A stretch of 64,000 nucleotides of DNA from Deltaproteobacteria bacterium (GCA_034670305.1 JAXMNT010000014.1:1-64000); one strand, 5' to 3'; positions 8,901 to 17,405 are shown, counted from the stretch's first letter. Made by a program: numbers and translations. Notes: generated from the letters alone by a model not told the origin.

Positions 8901-10908
8901 GCCGATGGTGCCGCAGAAACTCCCGCCGCAGATCCCGCAGGTAGTGCTCCCCGTCGTCGCGGAAGTCCACCATCGGTCCGTCGGCCAGCGAGTGCACGAT
9001 CGCCTGTAGGTCGTGTTCGAGCTCCCGCAGCTCCCGGTCCAACGCAGGACTGAGGTGCGTCGCTTCGCCCCACTCGATGAGCTCGTCGTCCGCACTCCAG
9101 GCTTGGAAGGTGCGCCTCGGCACCTCGTCCGGTCCCTCGTCGACGAGCTCTTCTTGCACCGCTTCTTTCGCGTGCGCCGCATCCCCCGTCTCTTTCGCCC
9201 GGCTCAAGCCGACCTTCAGGAGGATGGGTCCGAGGATCTCGTTGAGCGCGACGCCGGCGATGAGCAGAGAGCTGAGCGTCTCACCGACGTCGCCGAAGCG
9301 CGTCTTCACGAACCCCGCCAGCGTGATCGCGACGCCGGCCTGCGAGATGAAACCCATCCAGCCGTACTTGCGGGTGTTCTCGTCCGCGGCGCCGACCAGG
9401 CCACCGATGCGCACGCCGATCCACACCGCCAGGATGCGCACGCCGACGAGCGCGATGGCGAAGAAGAACAGATGCACCACCTCGTCGAGGTGGAGTTTGG
9501 CGCCCGCGAGCGTGAAGAACACGACGTAGACCGGCGTGCTGAGCTTCTCCACCTCGTGCATCAACGTGTCGCCGCTGCGCGAGAAGTTGGAGACGGTGAA
9601 CCCGCCGGCGAGGAACACGAGCACCGAGTCGAGGTGGGTCGCGTTGCACACGAACGTGCCGGTGTAGACCACCCCGAGAATGAAGAGCATCAGCTCCTTC
9701 TTCACGAAGCGCATGTAGAGCGCGATGGCGATGCCGAGCACGACGCCCATGCCGATCGAGCCGCCGATCTCGAAGGCGAGTTTGCCGGCGAGGTTGCCGT
9801 CTTCTCCCTGGCCGAGCGCGCCGAGCGCCATGGCCGAGAACACCCCGAAGAGGATGATGACGAACACATCTTTGAGGACGACCGTGCTCAGCACAGTGCT
9901 GGTCATCGGACCCTTGGAACGGGTCTCGTTGATGACCGCGATCGTTGCGGCCGGCGACGTCGCGAACGAGATCGCGCCGAGCGTCAGGCCGATCGGGATC
10001 ACCGCGTTGCCGACCTCCCCGAGGTCCGGCAGCGCGAGGAAAGGAACGGCGCCACTGATGAGCCAGAACAGACCGGTGGTCATGGCGAGCACCACCACCA
10101 GCTGCCCGAGCAGAACGGAGAAGATCGCCCGGAAGCCCTGTTTCAACGCCTCGAGTTTGAGTTCGCCACCTGCGCTGATCGCGATGAGCGCGACGGCGAG
10201 GACCTCGAGTGGGCCGAGCTGTTTGATCACCTCGTCGTGCAGCACGCCGCGATCGAACGGCGCCCAGAGTTCGAACGAGATGAACCCTGCGATCGAGGGT
10301 CCGAAGAACATGCCCGCGAGCAGGTAGCCGGTGATGTGCGGCAGCTTGATGACGTCGACGAGCACGCCGATCGTGAAGCTCGCGAGCACCACGAACCCGA
10401 GCGCCAACATCGCCGTCGGATCGAACCCTTCGGACGCGGACGTGCCGAACCGGTGCAAGCCGATCAGCGTGACGATCAGGATGCAGACGATGATCAGCTG
10501 CCGAAGCGTCGCCCCCTGCCCGCGCACATGCCCATGCCCGCCGTGGTCGTGCTCTTCGTGCCGATCGTTGTCGGCCTCGTCGTCCGCATCCTCCGGCGTC
10601 GGGTCCTGCGCGACATTGGACCCAGCGTCAGAGTCAGAGTCGGCATCGGCATCGGCATCGGCATCGGCGTCGGCTTCGGCATCGGCTTCGGCGTCGGCTT
10701 CGGCGTCGGCGTCGGCGTCGGCGTCGGCTTCGGCTTCGGCTTCGGCGTCGGCTTCCGCTTCCGCTTCCGCTTCCGCTTCCGCTTCCGCTTCCGCTACCGC
10801 TACCGCTTCCGCTTCCGCTTCCGCTTCCGCTTCCGCTTCCGCTTCCGCGCCCGCTTCGGCTTCGGCTTCCGCTTCGGTGGTGACCTCGTCTTCGTCTTCG
10901 ACGCTCAT
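5968..10908 (-). CDS. Cation:proton antiporter (CPA) fused to a long helical region and a C-terminal P-loop (AAA-like)/winged-helix region, ~1646 aa
   Basis: ATG at 10908 overlaps the trkH stop (ATGA). Acidic/His-rich N-terminus; CPA motifs LPHITGYLLAG, ATSPAATIAVINE, TVVLKD, VVFFTLAGA and SQAGVAI; Walker A-like GLDGVGKAS and Walker B-like LVVVDG; C-terminal GGLIRDALRLWL. Confidence 0.85.
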   Translation of the reverse strand: MSVEDEDEVTTEAEAEAEAGAEAEAEAEAEAEAEAVAVAEAEAEAEAEAEAEADAEAEAEADADADADAEADAEADAEADADADADADADSDSDAGSNVAQDPTPEDADDEADNDRHEEHDHGGHGHVRGQGATLRQLIIVCILIVTLIGLHRFGTSASEGFDPTAMLALGFVVLASFTIGVLVDVIKLPHITGYLLAGMFFGPSIAGFISFELWAPFDRGVLHDEVIKQLGPLEVLAVALIAISAGGELKLEALKQGFRAIFSVLLGQLVVVLAMTTGLFWLISGAVPFLALPDLGEVGNAVIPIGLTLGAISFATSPAATIAVINETRSKGPMTSTVLSTVVLKDVFVIILFGVFSAMALGALGQGEDGNLAGKLAFEIGGSIGMGVVLGIAIALYMRFVKKELMLFILGVVYTGTFVCNATHLDSVLVFLAGGFTVSNFSRSGDTLMHEVEKLSTPVYVVFFTLAGAKLHLDEVVHLFFFAIALVGVRILAVWIGVRIGGLVGAADENTRKYGWMGFISQAGVAITLAGFVKTRFGDVGETLSSLLIAGVALNEILGPILLKVGLSRAKETGDAAHAKEAVQEELVDEGPDEVPRRTFQAWSADDELIEWGEATHLSPALDRELRELEHDLQAIVHSLADGPMVDFRDDGEHYLRDLRREFLRHHRRLTVQARSVGVEDDKERQAAREELSKTLRAEQGELAEAWRSIALTRASQLGQRPPWTPDGIVESVDEAVERLLEHVEIPWDPRVFETKPSDGPLLRIRRSLARMRRGFARAFGRDLAPRTIALQSLARFHLSFETPVRLEGVAALLVQAEQHIAGRTRNLFDGIIESYDRLAEATMDPAVKGETIQQGLATVRSDVETELLLAMDEITRISSGGAVRTGRLLALALRTIREEAPVIETLELPAHTRRSSRAFAERIKALHILGETVNELRGSNAGEFALLAMEFELVGLEARVKHLLASHASKLEGEVSRRALQQAARTEEALRETLAHVDAELRKSSTGDEMATALRTQTEQAEKIAGETGRIVRELRDELLEQEKVAPLLDALGKAASELTSNYLVVAGRLQRGEYKLPPVLQRVEVPFREVASGHVELRIAPQLLRATRDAAEQLQPLIGSLKEAERVIAFNVELATAELEVVHEEQVPESTKALLGEMIGGQLDRSLSVLQAHLKGVQDLPASLGGSVREAVLGALGELRGQLVDGDISRAKVDELKRDAARRRLAQRATELPDAVREFWRQSADALVSLVGRNRWAAFRMRLGLRTKGELVALDRSHFAPPKEKTKVPLVYRRLFAADTLEAGDVLTGREEAIRRAREALEDTSAGHLRTVALVGLDGVGKASVASAIVRGGRWKNMQRVSLDGPQTVESVERLLADTANAQLVVVDGLGWLVSPGPNGFAPLRRFVDGVVADRGRRSWLVLAEVLLWNYASVAAPLREAFGELIELEPLDQAGLQAAVMERHRLSGFGHAFESALSDRGEGFVSRSASRIRRPYEQYFQDLHVATGGLIRDALRLWLASIRTIEHDDIVHVGPLPAEGLSAVRRLVDEDLVLLLTIIRQGWIDADGLAAAFQIEVPVARARLAQLGNLGVLTARPVVVGGGVYKKKNGDEGPPPIETLAYRVAIHLRGAVVRTLRDKGWAP
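10627..10876. repeat. In-frame hexamer tandem repeat (GGCTTC/CGCTTC/GGCGTC/GGCATC)n encoding poly-(EA)/(DA)
   Basis: Directly visible 6-nt periodicity; translates to EAEAEA...DADADA on the minus strand. Confidence 0.95.
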
Positions 10909-12413
10909 CGTTTCCAGAACTCCGGCAGCAGCAACGCGAGCACCGTGAAGAACTCGAGCCGACCGAGAAGCATCGCGACGACCGCCACCGACTTCGAGAC
11001 GGCGGAGTACTGCGAGAAGTTGTCGGGCATGTGGGCGAGCTCGTGGAAGGGCGCCGGGCCCATGTTGGAGACGCAGGTCAACATCGCACCGAACGCCGAC
11101 GGCAAAGGCACCCCATCCACCGTCGCGACGATCGCCGCACCCGCGCCGATCGTGATCAGGTACACCGCGAAGAAGGTCATCACCGTTGCGAGCACCGGGC
11201 GGCTGACCACCCGGCTGCCGAGCCGCACCACCTGCACCATGGAGGGTGCGAAGGACTGGCGAATCTCGGTGAGGGTTTCTTTGGCGACGATCACCGTCCG
11301 TTCGACTTTCATGCCGCCCGCGGTGCTTCCCGAACACCCTCCGACGAACATCAGACCCAGCATGATCGCGAGCCCGGCTTGGCCGAAGAGCGCGTAGTCG
11401 TCGGTGCCGTACCCGGTCGAGGAGACGGTGGTGGCGACCATGAAGAGCGCATAGCGAAGGGAGTCGAGCGGCTTCGGGTGCAGATCCAGGTTCAGGAGGG
11501 TGAGCAGTGCCGTCGACACCACGACGATACCCACGAACGCACGGAACTCGACGTTGCGCGTGATGGTGGAGAGTTTTCGACCCCGAAGCACCAGGTAGTA
11601 GAGGCCGTAGTTCACGCTGCCCACGAGCATGAACAGAGCGATGACCCACTCGAATGCCGGCACGCCGAAGCCGCCCACCGACGCGTCGCGGGTGGAGAAG
11701 CCACCCGTCGACATGGTGGTCAGCCCATGACAGACGGCCTCGAACACATCCATGCCGAGCAGCGCGAGGATCACGATCTCCGCCACCGTGAACGCCGCGT
11801 AGAGTTTCCAGAGCGTGACCGACGTCTCGGCGATGCGCGGCTTGAACCCTTCGGCTTCGGCGCCCGGCGCTTCGTTCTTGTAGAGCTGCTTGCCGGTGGT
11901 GCCGAGGTTCGGGAACACCGCCACGAAGAGCACCACGATGCCCATGCCGCCGAGCCACTGCGACATGGAACGCCAGAGGAGCAAGGGGCGGCTCAGCCGG
12001 GTTTCGATGTCACCGATGACGGTCGCGCCAGTGGTCGTGAGGCCGCTGACGGATTCGAACAGCGCATCGACCGGAGAGAGCCCGGCGCCCAGCACAAAGG
12101 GCAGCGCCCCGCACACGCCCGCCGCGACCCAGATCGCGGTCACCGCCAGCATCGCTTGCCGCCGGGTGAAGTTCTCTTGCGTCGAGCGCCTGCCCCAGCC
12201 TCGAACCAGCACCCCGACCACGACGCAGACCGCCGCAGAGATCAAACACGCGAACCCGCCGCCGGTGGGAAGCGACGCGTTGGGAGCCGCGAAGTCCCAG
12301 ATCATGCCCGTCCCGCCGCACACCGCGATCATGACGCCCAGGCCCAAGATCACCGCGCCGGTGGGGCGGGCGACGGGACGGAAGTCGCGAAAGCTGGTGG
12401 CGGCTGCGATCAA
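10905..12413 (-). CDS. trkH: TrkH-family potassium uptake channel
   Basis: Pore-loop motifs FESVSGLTTTGAT, TTMSTGGFS, VSSTGY, GGCSGSTAGGMK and SNMGP; C-terminal MLLGRLEFF; TTG start at 12413 overlaps the trkA stop. Confidence 0.93.
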   Translation of the reverse strand: MIAAATSFRDFRPVARPTGAVILGLGVMIAVCGGTGMIWDFAAPNASLPTGGGFACLISAAVCVVVGVLVRGWGRRSTQENFTRRQAMLAVTAIWVAAGVCGALPFVLGAGLSPVDALFESVSGLTTTGATVIGDIETRLSRPLLLWRSMSQWLGGMGIVVLFVAVFPNLGTTGKQLYKNEAPGAEAEGFKPRIAETSVTLWKLYAAFTVAEIVILALLGMDVFEAVCHGLTTMSTGGFSTRDASVGGFGVPAFEWVIALFMLVGSVNYGLYYLVLRGRKLSTITRNVEFRAFVGIVVVSTALLTLLNLDLHPKPLDSLRYALFMVATTVSSTGYGTDDYALFGQAGLAIMLGLMFVGGCSGSTAGGMKVERTVIVAKETLTEIRQSFAPSMVQVVRLGSRVVSRPVLATVMTFFAVYLITIGAGAAIVATVDGVPLPSAFGAMLTCVSNMGPAPFHELAHMPDNFSQYSAVSKSVAVVAMLLGRLEFFTVLALLLPEFWKR

Positions 12414-13753
12414 CGGTCGGTGCCTTTGCCGCGGAAGAGACGCTCGAGGCCCGGACGCGCGGCCCCGATGGTCATCGCGATCACCCGGTCGCCGTGGCGT
12501 ACGACGTCGTCGCCGCGCGGAATGACGACCTCGTCGTCGGTGATGATCGCGCAGAGCAAGACGCCCTTGGGGAGGCGCAGCCGCCGCAGCGGTTTGTCCA
12601 CGATGACCGCGCCACGCGCCGCGTAGAGCTCCACGACTTCGATGCGGCCACCCTCGAGCTGGTGGAGGCTCTGCACGAGCGAGGTCCGAGCGAATCGAAA
12701 GATGTGATGCGACGCGAGCGTGCGCGGCGACAGGACGATGTCGATGCCCAGCTGCCGGTAAATGGTCGCGTACTCTGCGTCGTCGACGATCGCTGCGGCG
12801 CGCGGCACCCCGGCGCGCTTCGCGATCAGTGCCGCCATCAGGTTCACCTCGTCCTGGCGGGTCACGCACGCGCACAGGTCGTACGAGTCCACCTCGAGTT
12901 CCTCGAGGAGCTTCGAATCGGTTCCGTCGCCGTGGTGGATGAGCACGTCCGGATGTTCGGCCGCGAGTTTCAGCGCGACGGCCGGATCCTTCTCGACGAT
13001 GGTGACCTTCGCGCCCTGCGGCAACACTTCGCGCGCGAGCGCCTGACCGACCACGCCGCCGCCGATGATGATGATGCGGCGCGCTTCCCGTTTGGTGGAG
13101 AACAGGCTCTCCGCTTGGAGCACCGCGTCGGGCGTGCCGATGAGGTAGACCGTGTCGCCGGGCAGGAGCACATCCGCGCCCCCGGGCACGACGATCTCGC
13201 CGTCCCGCACGTACGCGGCGACGAGGGTGCCGACCGGGAGTGGGATCTTCGACAGCGGCTTGTTCGCCATGCGGGAGGTCATCTCCATCTCGACGAGCTC
13301 GACCCGGTCGGACGCCAGATGCAGCACGTCGACCGCGCCGTGGGACCACGCGATGCGGCCAAGCTCTTGGCCGACGAGCACGCGCGGGTTGATGACCACA
13401 TCGACGCCGAGCAGCCCGTAGCGAATGCCTTCGGTCCAGCGGGCCCACTCGTTGCCCTGGGCGCGCGCGACAACGGTCTTCGCGCCGAGTTGTTTGGCGG
13501 CGAGCGCCGCGATCAGATTCACCTCGTCGTGGTTCGTGACCGCGACGACGAGGTCGGCTTTGCCCACGCCGGCCATGTCGAGGATCTCTTGGCTCGCGCC
13601 GTAGCCGGTCAGCGTCGAGACATCGAAGTGTTCTTCCGCGTTGGACGTGGCGACCGCATCGTTGTCGACCGCGACGACGTCGTGCCCCTCGTGCTGCAAC
13701 ACGCTCAGCAGGTGGCGGCCTACTTCGCCAAGTCCAATGACCACGATGTACAT
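12410..13753 (-). CDS. trkA: Trk system potassium uptake RCK subunit TrkA
   Basis: Two Rossmann GxGxxG motifs (IGLGEVG, IGGGVVG), two DEVNL motifs and two RCK-C domains; TGATG overlap with the upstream gene. Confidence 0.95.
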   Translation of the reverse strand: MYIVVIGLGEVGRHLLSVLQHEGHDVVAVDNDAVATSNAEEHFDVSTLTGYGASQEILDMAGVGKADLVVAVTNHDEVNLIAALAAKQLGAKTVVARAQGNEWARWTEGIRYGLLGVDVVINPRVLVGQELGRIAWSHGAVDVLHLASDRVELVEMEMTSRMANKPLSKIPLPVGTLVAAYVRDGEIVVPGGADVLLPGDTVYLIGTPDAVLQAESLFSTKREARRIIIIGGGVVGQALAREVLPQGAKVTIVEKDPAVALKLAAEHPDVLIHHGDGTDSKLLEELEVDSYDLCACVTRQDEVNLMAALIAKRAGVPRAAAIVDDAEYATIYRQLGIDIVLSPRTLASHHIFRFARTSLVQSLHQLEGGRIEVVELYAARGAVIVDKPLRRLRLPKGVLLCAIITDDEVVIPRGDDVVRHGDRVIAMTIGAARPGLERLFRGKGTDR

Positions 13754-15153
13754 CAGGCGTGCGCTCCTTGAGGGTCGGGTGCCTCGGGCACCTCGTCGGG
13801 TTCGCGCTCTCGGCGGATGTCGCCCGCGTCGACCAGCAGACCGAGCAGGACGCGCGGTGCGACCAGATCGTGCAAGACCGTGGAGGCGAGCGCGACGGTG
13901 TACGCCACGTCCACGACCACTCCGTCGAACACCACCTGGAACGACACCGCCATCGCCACGGCGACCTCGCCGTGCGCCATGAACCCGCGGTAGAGATCGG
14001 GCCGCATCTCGTCCATGCCCCAGGCGGCCAGGCGGCTTGCGAGCCGCTTGCCGACGTAGCGCAGCACCAGGAACCCGCCGAGTGCGATGAGGGTCGGGAT
14101 GAGCGGCGGCGGCTTCCAGAGCGCGCCGGCGAGCACGAAGAGCACGAGGTTGATCGGCTTCTCGGTGGTGCGGAGCGTCTGGTACATGATCGCGCCGGTC
14201 TTCGCGACGTTCACGAGCACGATGCCAAGCACCACGTTGACCGCGAGCGGTGAGAGATCGAGGAAGTACGCCGCGCCGGCGGCGAACGTGATGATCCCGA
14301 CCATGGCCAAGAAGCGGCCGTGTTCGTCTTCGTTGCCTCCCAGGAAGGGCGTGAAGAGACCACCGAGCACAGCGCCGACGCCGAGCTGCACGAGGAACCA
14401 TCCAGACGCCGAGAGGTGCAGCTGCGCGTCGGGCGCGGAGCGGTGGAAGAAGCAGAACACCAGACCGAAACAGAAGATGACCAGCACGTCGCTCAGCCGC
14501 GTGCACTCGCGCAGCTGGGACGTCAGCGATCCTTGGATGTCGTAGCGACGGCGAAGCACATCGAACGGCTCGGCGGAGTCGCTCGCGGCGCAACACGCCA
14601 GCATCAGGCAGCTCGCCGCCACCTCGCGCCAACCCATCGAACCCGTCCCGTACGGTGCGAAGAGGTACCCGCCCCACTCTCCCCAGAAGAACCACCACGC
14701 GAGCCCACCGACGAGTGCGCCGGGCACCAGCAAGTGGAGCATCACGATCCGGAACGTGCCCGTGCCTTGGCCGAACTGAACCTTGGATGGCCCCGTCAGC
14801 TGCAGCTCCATCCCGCGCAGCAGACCGACCCACCCGGCGGCGAGCGCGATGACGGGCAACATGCCGGTCAGATCGTCGAGCACATGAATCTGAGGAACGG
14901 CGGGTCCGAGTGCGAGGCCGAGCAGCACGTACTCGACACCCGCGATGATCAGGAAACGCTGCTGGAGCCGGTCGACGACCAGGTGGCCGAGCACGTAGGC
15001 CACAGCCACGCCGATGAGGAACAGGACAACGGTGAGCGTGCCCGCACCACCCGCCTCTCCCCCACCCGACGCAAACGCGACGGACGGCGCCGCAACGCTG
15101 GCGATGACGCCAAGCAGGAGTGCGGGCCACAGAGGTCGGGGAGATGGACGCAT
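13753..15153 (-). CDS. Membrane-only, divergent cation:proton antiporter-like protein
   Basis: About 12 hydrophobic segments; GVEYVLLGLALGP, GWVGLLRGMEL, LSPLAVNVVLG and EKPINLVLFVLAGA; ATG at 15153. Confidence 0.75.
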   Translation of the reverse strand: MRPSPRPLWPALLLGVIASVAAPSVAFASGGGEAGGAGTLTVVLFLIGVAVAYVLGHLVVDRLQQRFLIIAGVEYVLLGLALGPAVPQIHVLDDLTGMLPVIALAAGWVGLLRGMELQLTGPSKVQFGQGTGTFRIVMLHLLVPGALVGGLAWWFFWGEWGGYLFAPYGTGSMGWREVAASCLMLACCAASDSAEPFDVLRRRYDIQGSLTSQLRECTRLSDVLVIFCFGLVFCFFHRSAPDAQLHLSASGWFLVQLGVGAVLGGLFTPFLGGNEDEHGRFLAMVGIITFAAGAAYFLDLSPLAVNVVLGIVLVNVAKTGAIMYQTLRTTEKPINLVLFVLAGALWKPPPLIPTLIALGGFLVLRYVGKRLASRLAAWGMDEMRPDLYRGFMAHGEVAVAMAVSFQVVFDGVVVDVAYTVALASTVLHDLVAPRVLLGLLVDAGDIRREREPDEVPEAPDPQGAHA

Positions 15154-15358
15154 GGGGGGAAACAGTGTGAAGGCCCCAGCGAAAATCCGCGAAAGAATCG
15201 TGTGCTCACGTGAACAGAGGATCAGAGGCGTTCGGATGGCACCGGTGCAGTGCAAGGACACCCGACGCTGGGACCAGGTCACACCCGATGCCGGTTGGGC
15301 CGCGATTCGAGCCGTCTGAAGGGAAGGAGCGTCGCCTGGGTCCGTACTCTCCAACGTC

Positions 15359-16210
15359 ATGAGCGCCAAAGACCTCAAGTCGCGTCCCTTCTCACCGGCG
15401 CCCCCGCGTCACAAACCGAGCGGCGTCTACCCGTGTGAGCCGGCTCCGCTCCCCGTGCCGATGATCACCGGAAACTACGACGCGCCGGCCATCCCGAAGA
15501 CGCCCATGGCCTCACCGGCGTACGGACAGCTCGTCGACGGCGCGCCGGAGCTCACCGAGCCGATCGACCTCACCGCGCTGGCGGCGGGCACGGTGGCTCC
15601 AGGATTCGTGGGGGCGACCACGCTTCGAGATGGGGACCTTCCAGCGCAGTCCCGCGAGCCCACCGACGAAGAGCTCGACGCTGCCTTTGGACCGGCGGTC
15701 GCGCGCCCGCTCTTCGAGCCCGAAGACCCCGCTTCGGGAGGCTTCCAGCCGGACCCCGAGACCGCATCGCCGTCCGAGCCCCCTTCGGGAGGCTTCGCCG
15801 GGCCGAGCGAGGAGACCGGTCCCGTGACGACGTTTGGCTACCAGATGCGTGACCCGGCCAGCGAAGCGCTGGACGAGATCGAAATCGAAATCGAGATCGA
15901 AGTCGAGACCCCGGTCCGCTTGGAGGCGGCACTGGCATGGCAGAGCCAGAGCCAGCTCTGGGTGGACGGAGAAGGCACCATCGGCATCTTCTTGGCCAGC
16001 TACACCGTCCTTCCGATCGGCGCGGAGATCGAACTCCACGTGCACCTTCCCGGCGAGCAGCCGTTCACCGCCCCCGCCCGGGTCTGTTGGCTGCGCGAAG
16101 GCAGCGAGGGCAGCTGGCCGGGCCTCGGCCTGGAGCTCGAGTGGCTCACCCTCGAAGCGCACGATGCGATCGCGCGCTTCGCGCAGATGCGCCGCCCGTT
16201 GGCTCTGTAG
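15359..16210 (+). CDS. PilZ-like (TIGR02266-type) domain protein with a disordered N-terminus
   Basis: C-terminal GIFLASYTVLPIGAEIEL...LPGEQPF..PARVCW.RE....PGLGLE. Confidence 0.75.
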   Translation: MSAKDLKSRPFSPAPPRHKPSGVYPCEPAPLPVPMITGNYDAPAIPKTPMASPAYGQLVDGAPELTEPIDLTALAAGTVAPGFVGATTLRDGDLPAQSREPTDEELDAAFGPAVARPLFEPEDPASGGFQPDPETASPSEPPSGGFAGPSEETGPVTTFGYQMRDPASEALDEIEIEIEIEVETPVRLEAALAWQSQSQLWVDGEGTIGIFLASYTVLPIGAEIELHVHLPGEQPFTAPARVCWLREGSEGSWPGLGLELEWLTLEAHDAIARFAQMRRPLAL

Positions 16211-16222
16211 GATCGCGCGACG

Positions 16223-16832
16223 TAGCAGGTCGCTGAAAAGCGACCTGCTCCCTTGCCGTTGCCCTTGCCCGTGCCCTTGCCCGCGTCGTGGACGCCGTGT
16301 GTTTCGCGACGGCGAGGCCGCGAATCGGAGCCCGATGCCGAGCGGACGAAGCCGCCGGGCATCGGTCGGTGCTACGCGGCGCAGCTCCGCAGCCGCGCGA
16401 CGCCTAGGAGGTTGTATGCGGCGCCGGCCAGGCCTGCCGTGCGAACACTGATGCTCTGCGCGGACCTCATCAGCAGCTCCCGCGAGGCCGTGCTCACCTC
16501 CGAGACCAGATCGATCGCGCTGCGACTTCCGTCGTCGCCAACATCGCCGAGGGCGCAGGCGAGTTCAGTCCCAAGGAGAAGGCTCGCTTCTATCGGATGG
16601 CCCGGCGCTCCGCGATCGAGGTCGTCTCCTGGCTCGAAATCACGGACCGTCGGGCCGCGAATCGGAGCCCGATATCGAACGGGGCTCTCGCCCACCTTGA
16701 GCAGGTCGTCGCGATGCTCGTCGCGCTGATCAAGCGATCTGACCGCTGATCCGCGGGCAAGGGCAAAGGCGAGGGCAGGGGCAAGGGGCAGGCTGCGAGA
16801 ACGCCCTGCGGGCGTTCTTCAGCAGCCTGCTA
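16223..16832. mobile_element. MITE-like element: imperfect terminal inverted repeats, hexamer arms and a decayed four-helix-bundle gene
   Basis: Left end TAGCAGGTCGCTGAAAA versus reverse-complemented right end TAGCAGGCTGCTGAAGAA. Terminal hairpins at both ends. (CCTTGC)n arm at ~16250-16284 and (GGCAAG)n arm at ~16752-16790. A second copy lies at 17523. Confidence 0.65.
16400..16749 (+). pseudogene. Four helix bundle protein (TIGR02436 / '23S rRNA IVP', Avd-like fold) with a disrupted 5' end
   Basis: An unlisted frame reads QLPRGRAHLRDQIDRAATSVVANIAEGAGEFSPKEKARFYRMARRSAIEVVSWLEI...LEQVVAMLVALIKRSDR*. NIAEG and 'RF..ARRSA.E' are family hallmarks. An in-frame TAG at ~16405 and no start codon; the 'RLEVY' remnant is out of frame. 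Confidence 0.8.
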
Positions 16833-17405
16833 GGCGGCTTGGGCCTGGGGCTCGGGTTCTGCGGCGGCGCGCTTCTTGGCTTCGCGGGCGGCCTTCTCAG
16901 CGGCGCGGCGGGCGCGGCGCTCCAGGTCCTTCGCTTCCTTCTCGGTGAACGCGTAGGGCACCCGGGTGCCCATCAGCTCGTCGAACCAGGGCTTGGTCAC
17001 ACACCAGTTGGCGTCCTGCTTCGGACCCATGTGGTGGTCGTAGTGCCAGGGCAGATGCTCGCGCGCCCATTCGGGGTCGAGGTGCGACTTCTTGTGGACC
17101 CGGTAGTAGTTGTAGCCGCAGTACCAGGCGGTCATCGTGAAGAAGGGCGCCACCGGGAAGAGGGGTGCGATGAGCAAGCCGGTGGCGACCAGCGCCGCCG
17201 CCTCTTTGCCCTGCGAGTGCGCACCGAAGACCGACTGGTCGTAGTGCGGATCCGCCATCTGGTGCTTTCGGGACTCCCGGTGGTGCTCGTGCCAGTGAAA
17301 CGCCCAGAAGCTGTCCTTCTTCTTGCCTACGCCGTGCAAGATGTACTTGTGCACCAACCATTCGGTCGCGTTCGAAGCCAGCAAAGCAAGGGGAATTCCA
17401 ATCAC
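16830..17405 (-). CDS. Fatty-acid hydroxylase / sterol desaturase superfamily membrane protein
   Basis: His boxes EWLVHKYILH, HWHEHH, HKKSH and HYDHH; AAAGAGG RBS before GTG. Confidence 0.8.
   Translation of the reverse strand: MIGIPLALLASNATEWLVHKYILHGVGKKKDSFWAFHWHEHHRESRKHQMADPHYDQSVFGAHSQGKEAAALVATGLLIAPLFPVAPFFTMTAWYCGYNYYRVHKKSHLDPEWAREHLPWHYDHHMGPKQDANWCVTKPWFDELMGTRVPYAFTEKEAKDLERRARRAAEKAAREAKKRAAAEPEPQAQAA

Noticed and set aside
3597-15130. Apparent giant N-terminal extensions (833, 1996, 847 and 906 aa ORFs)
   Set aside because: The extensions overlap upstream genes in another frame; true starts coincide with stop/start overlaps at 4628, 10908, 12413 and 13753.
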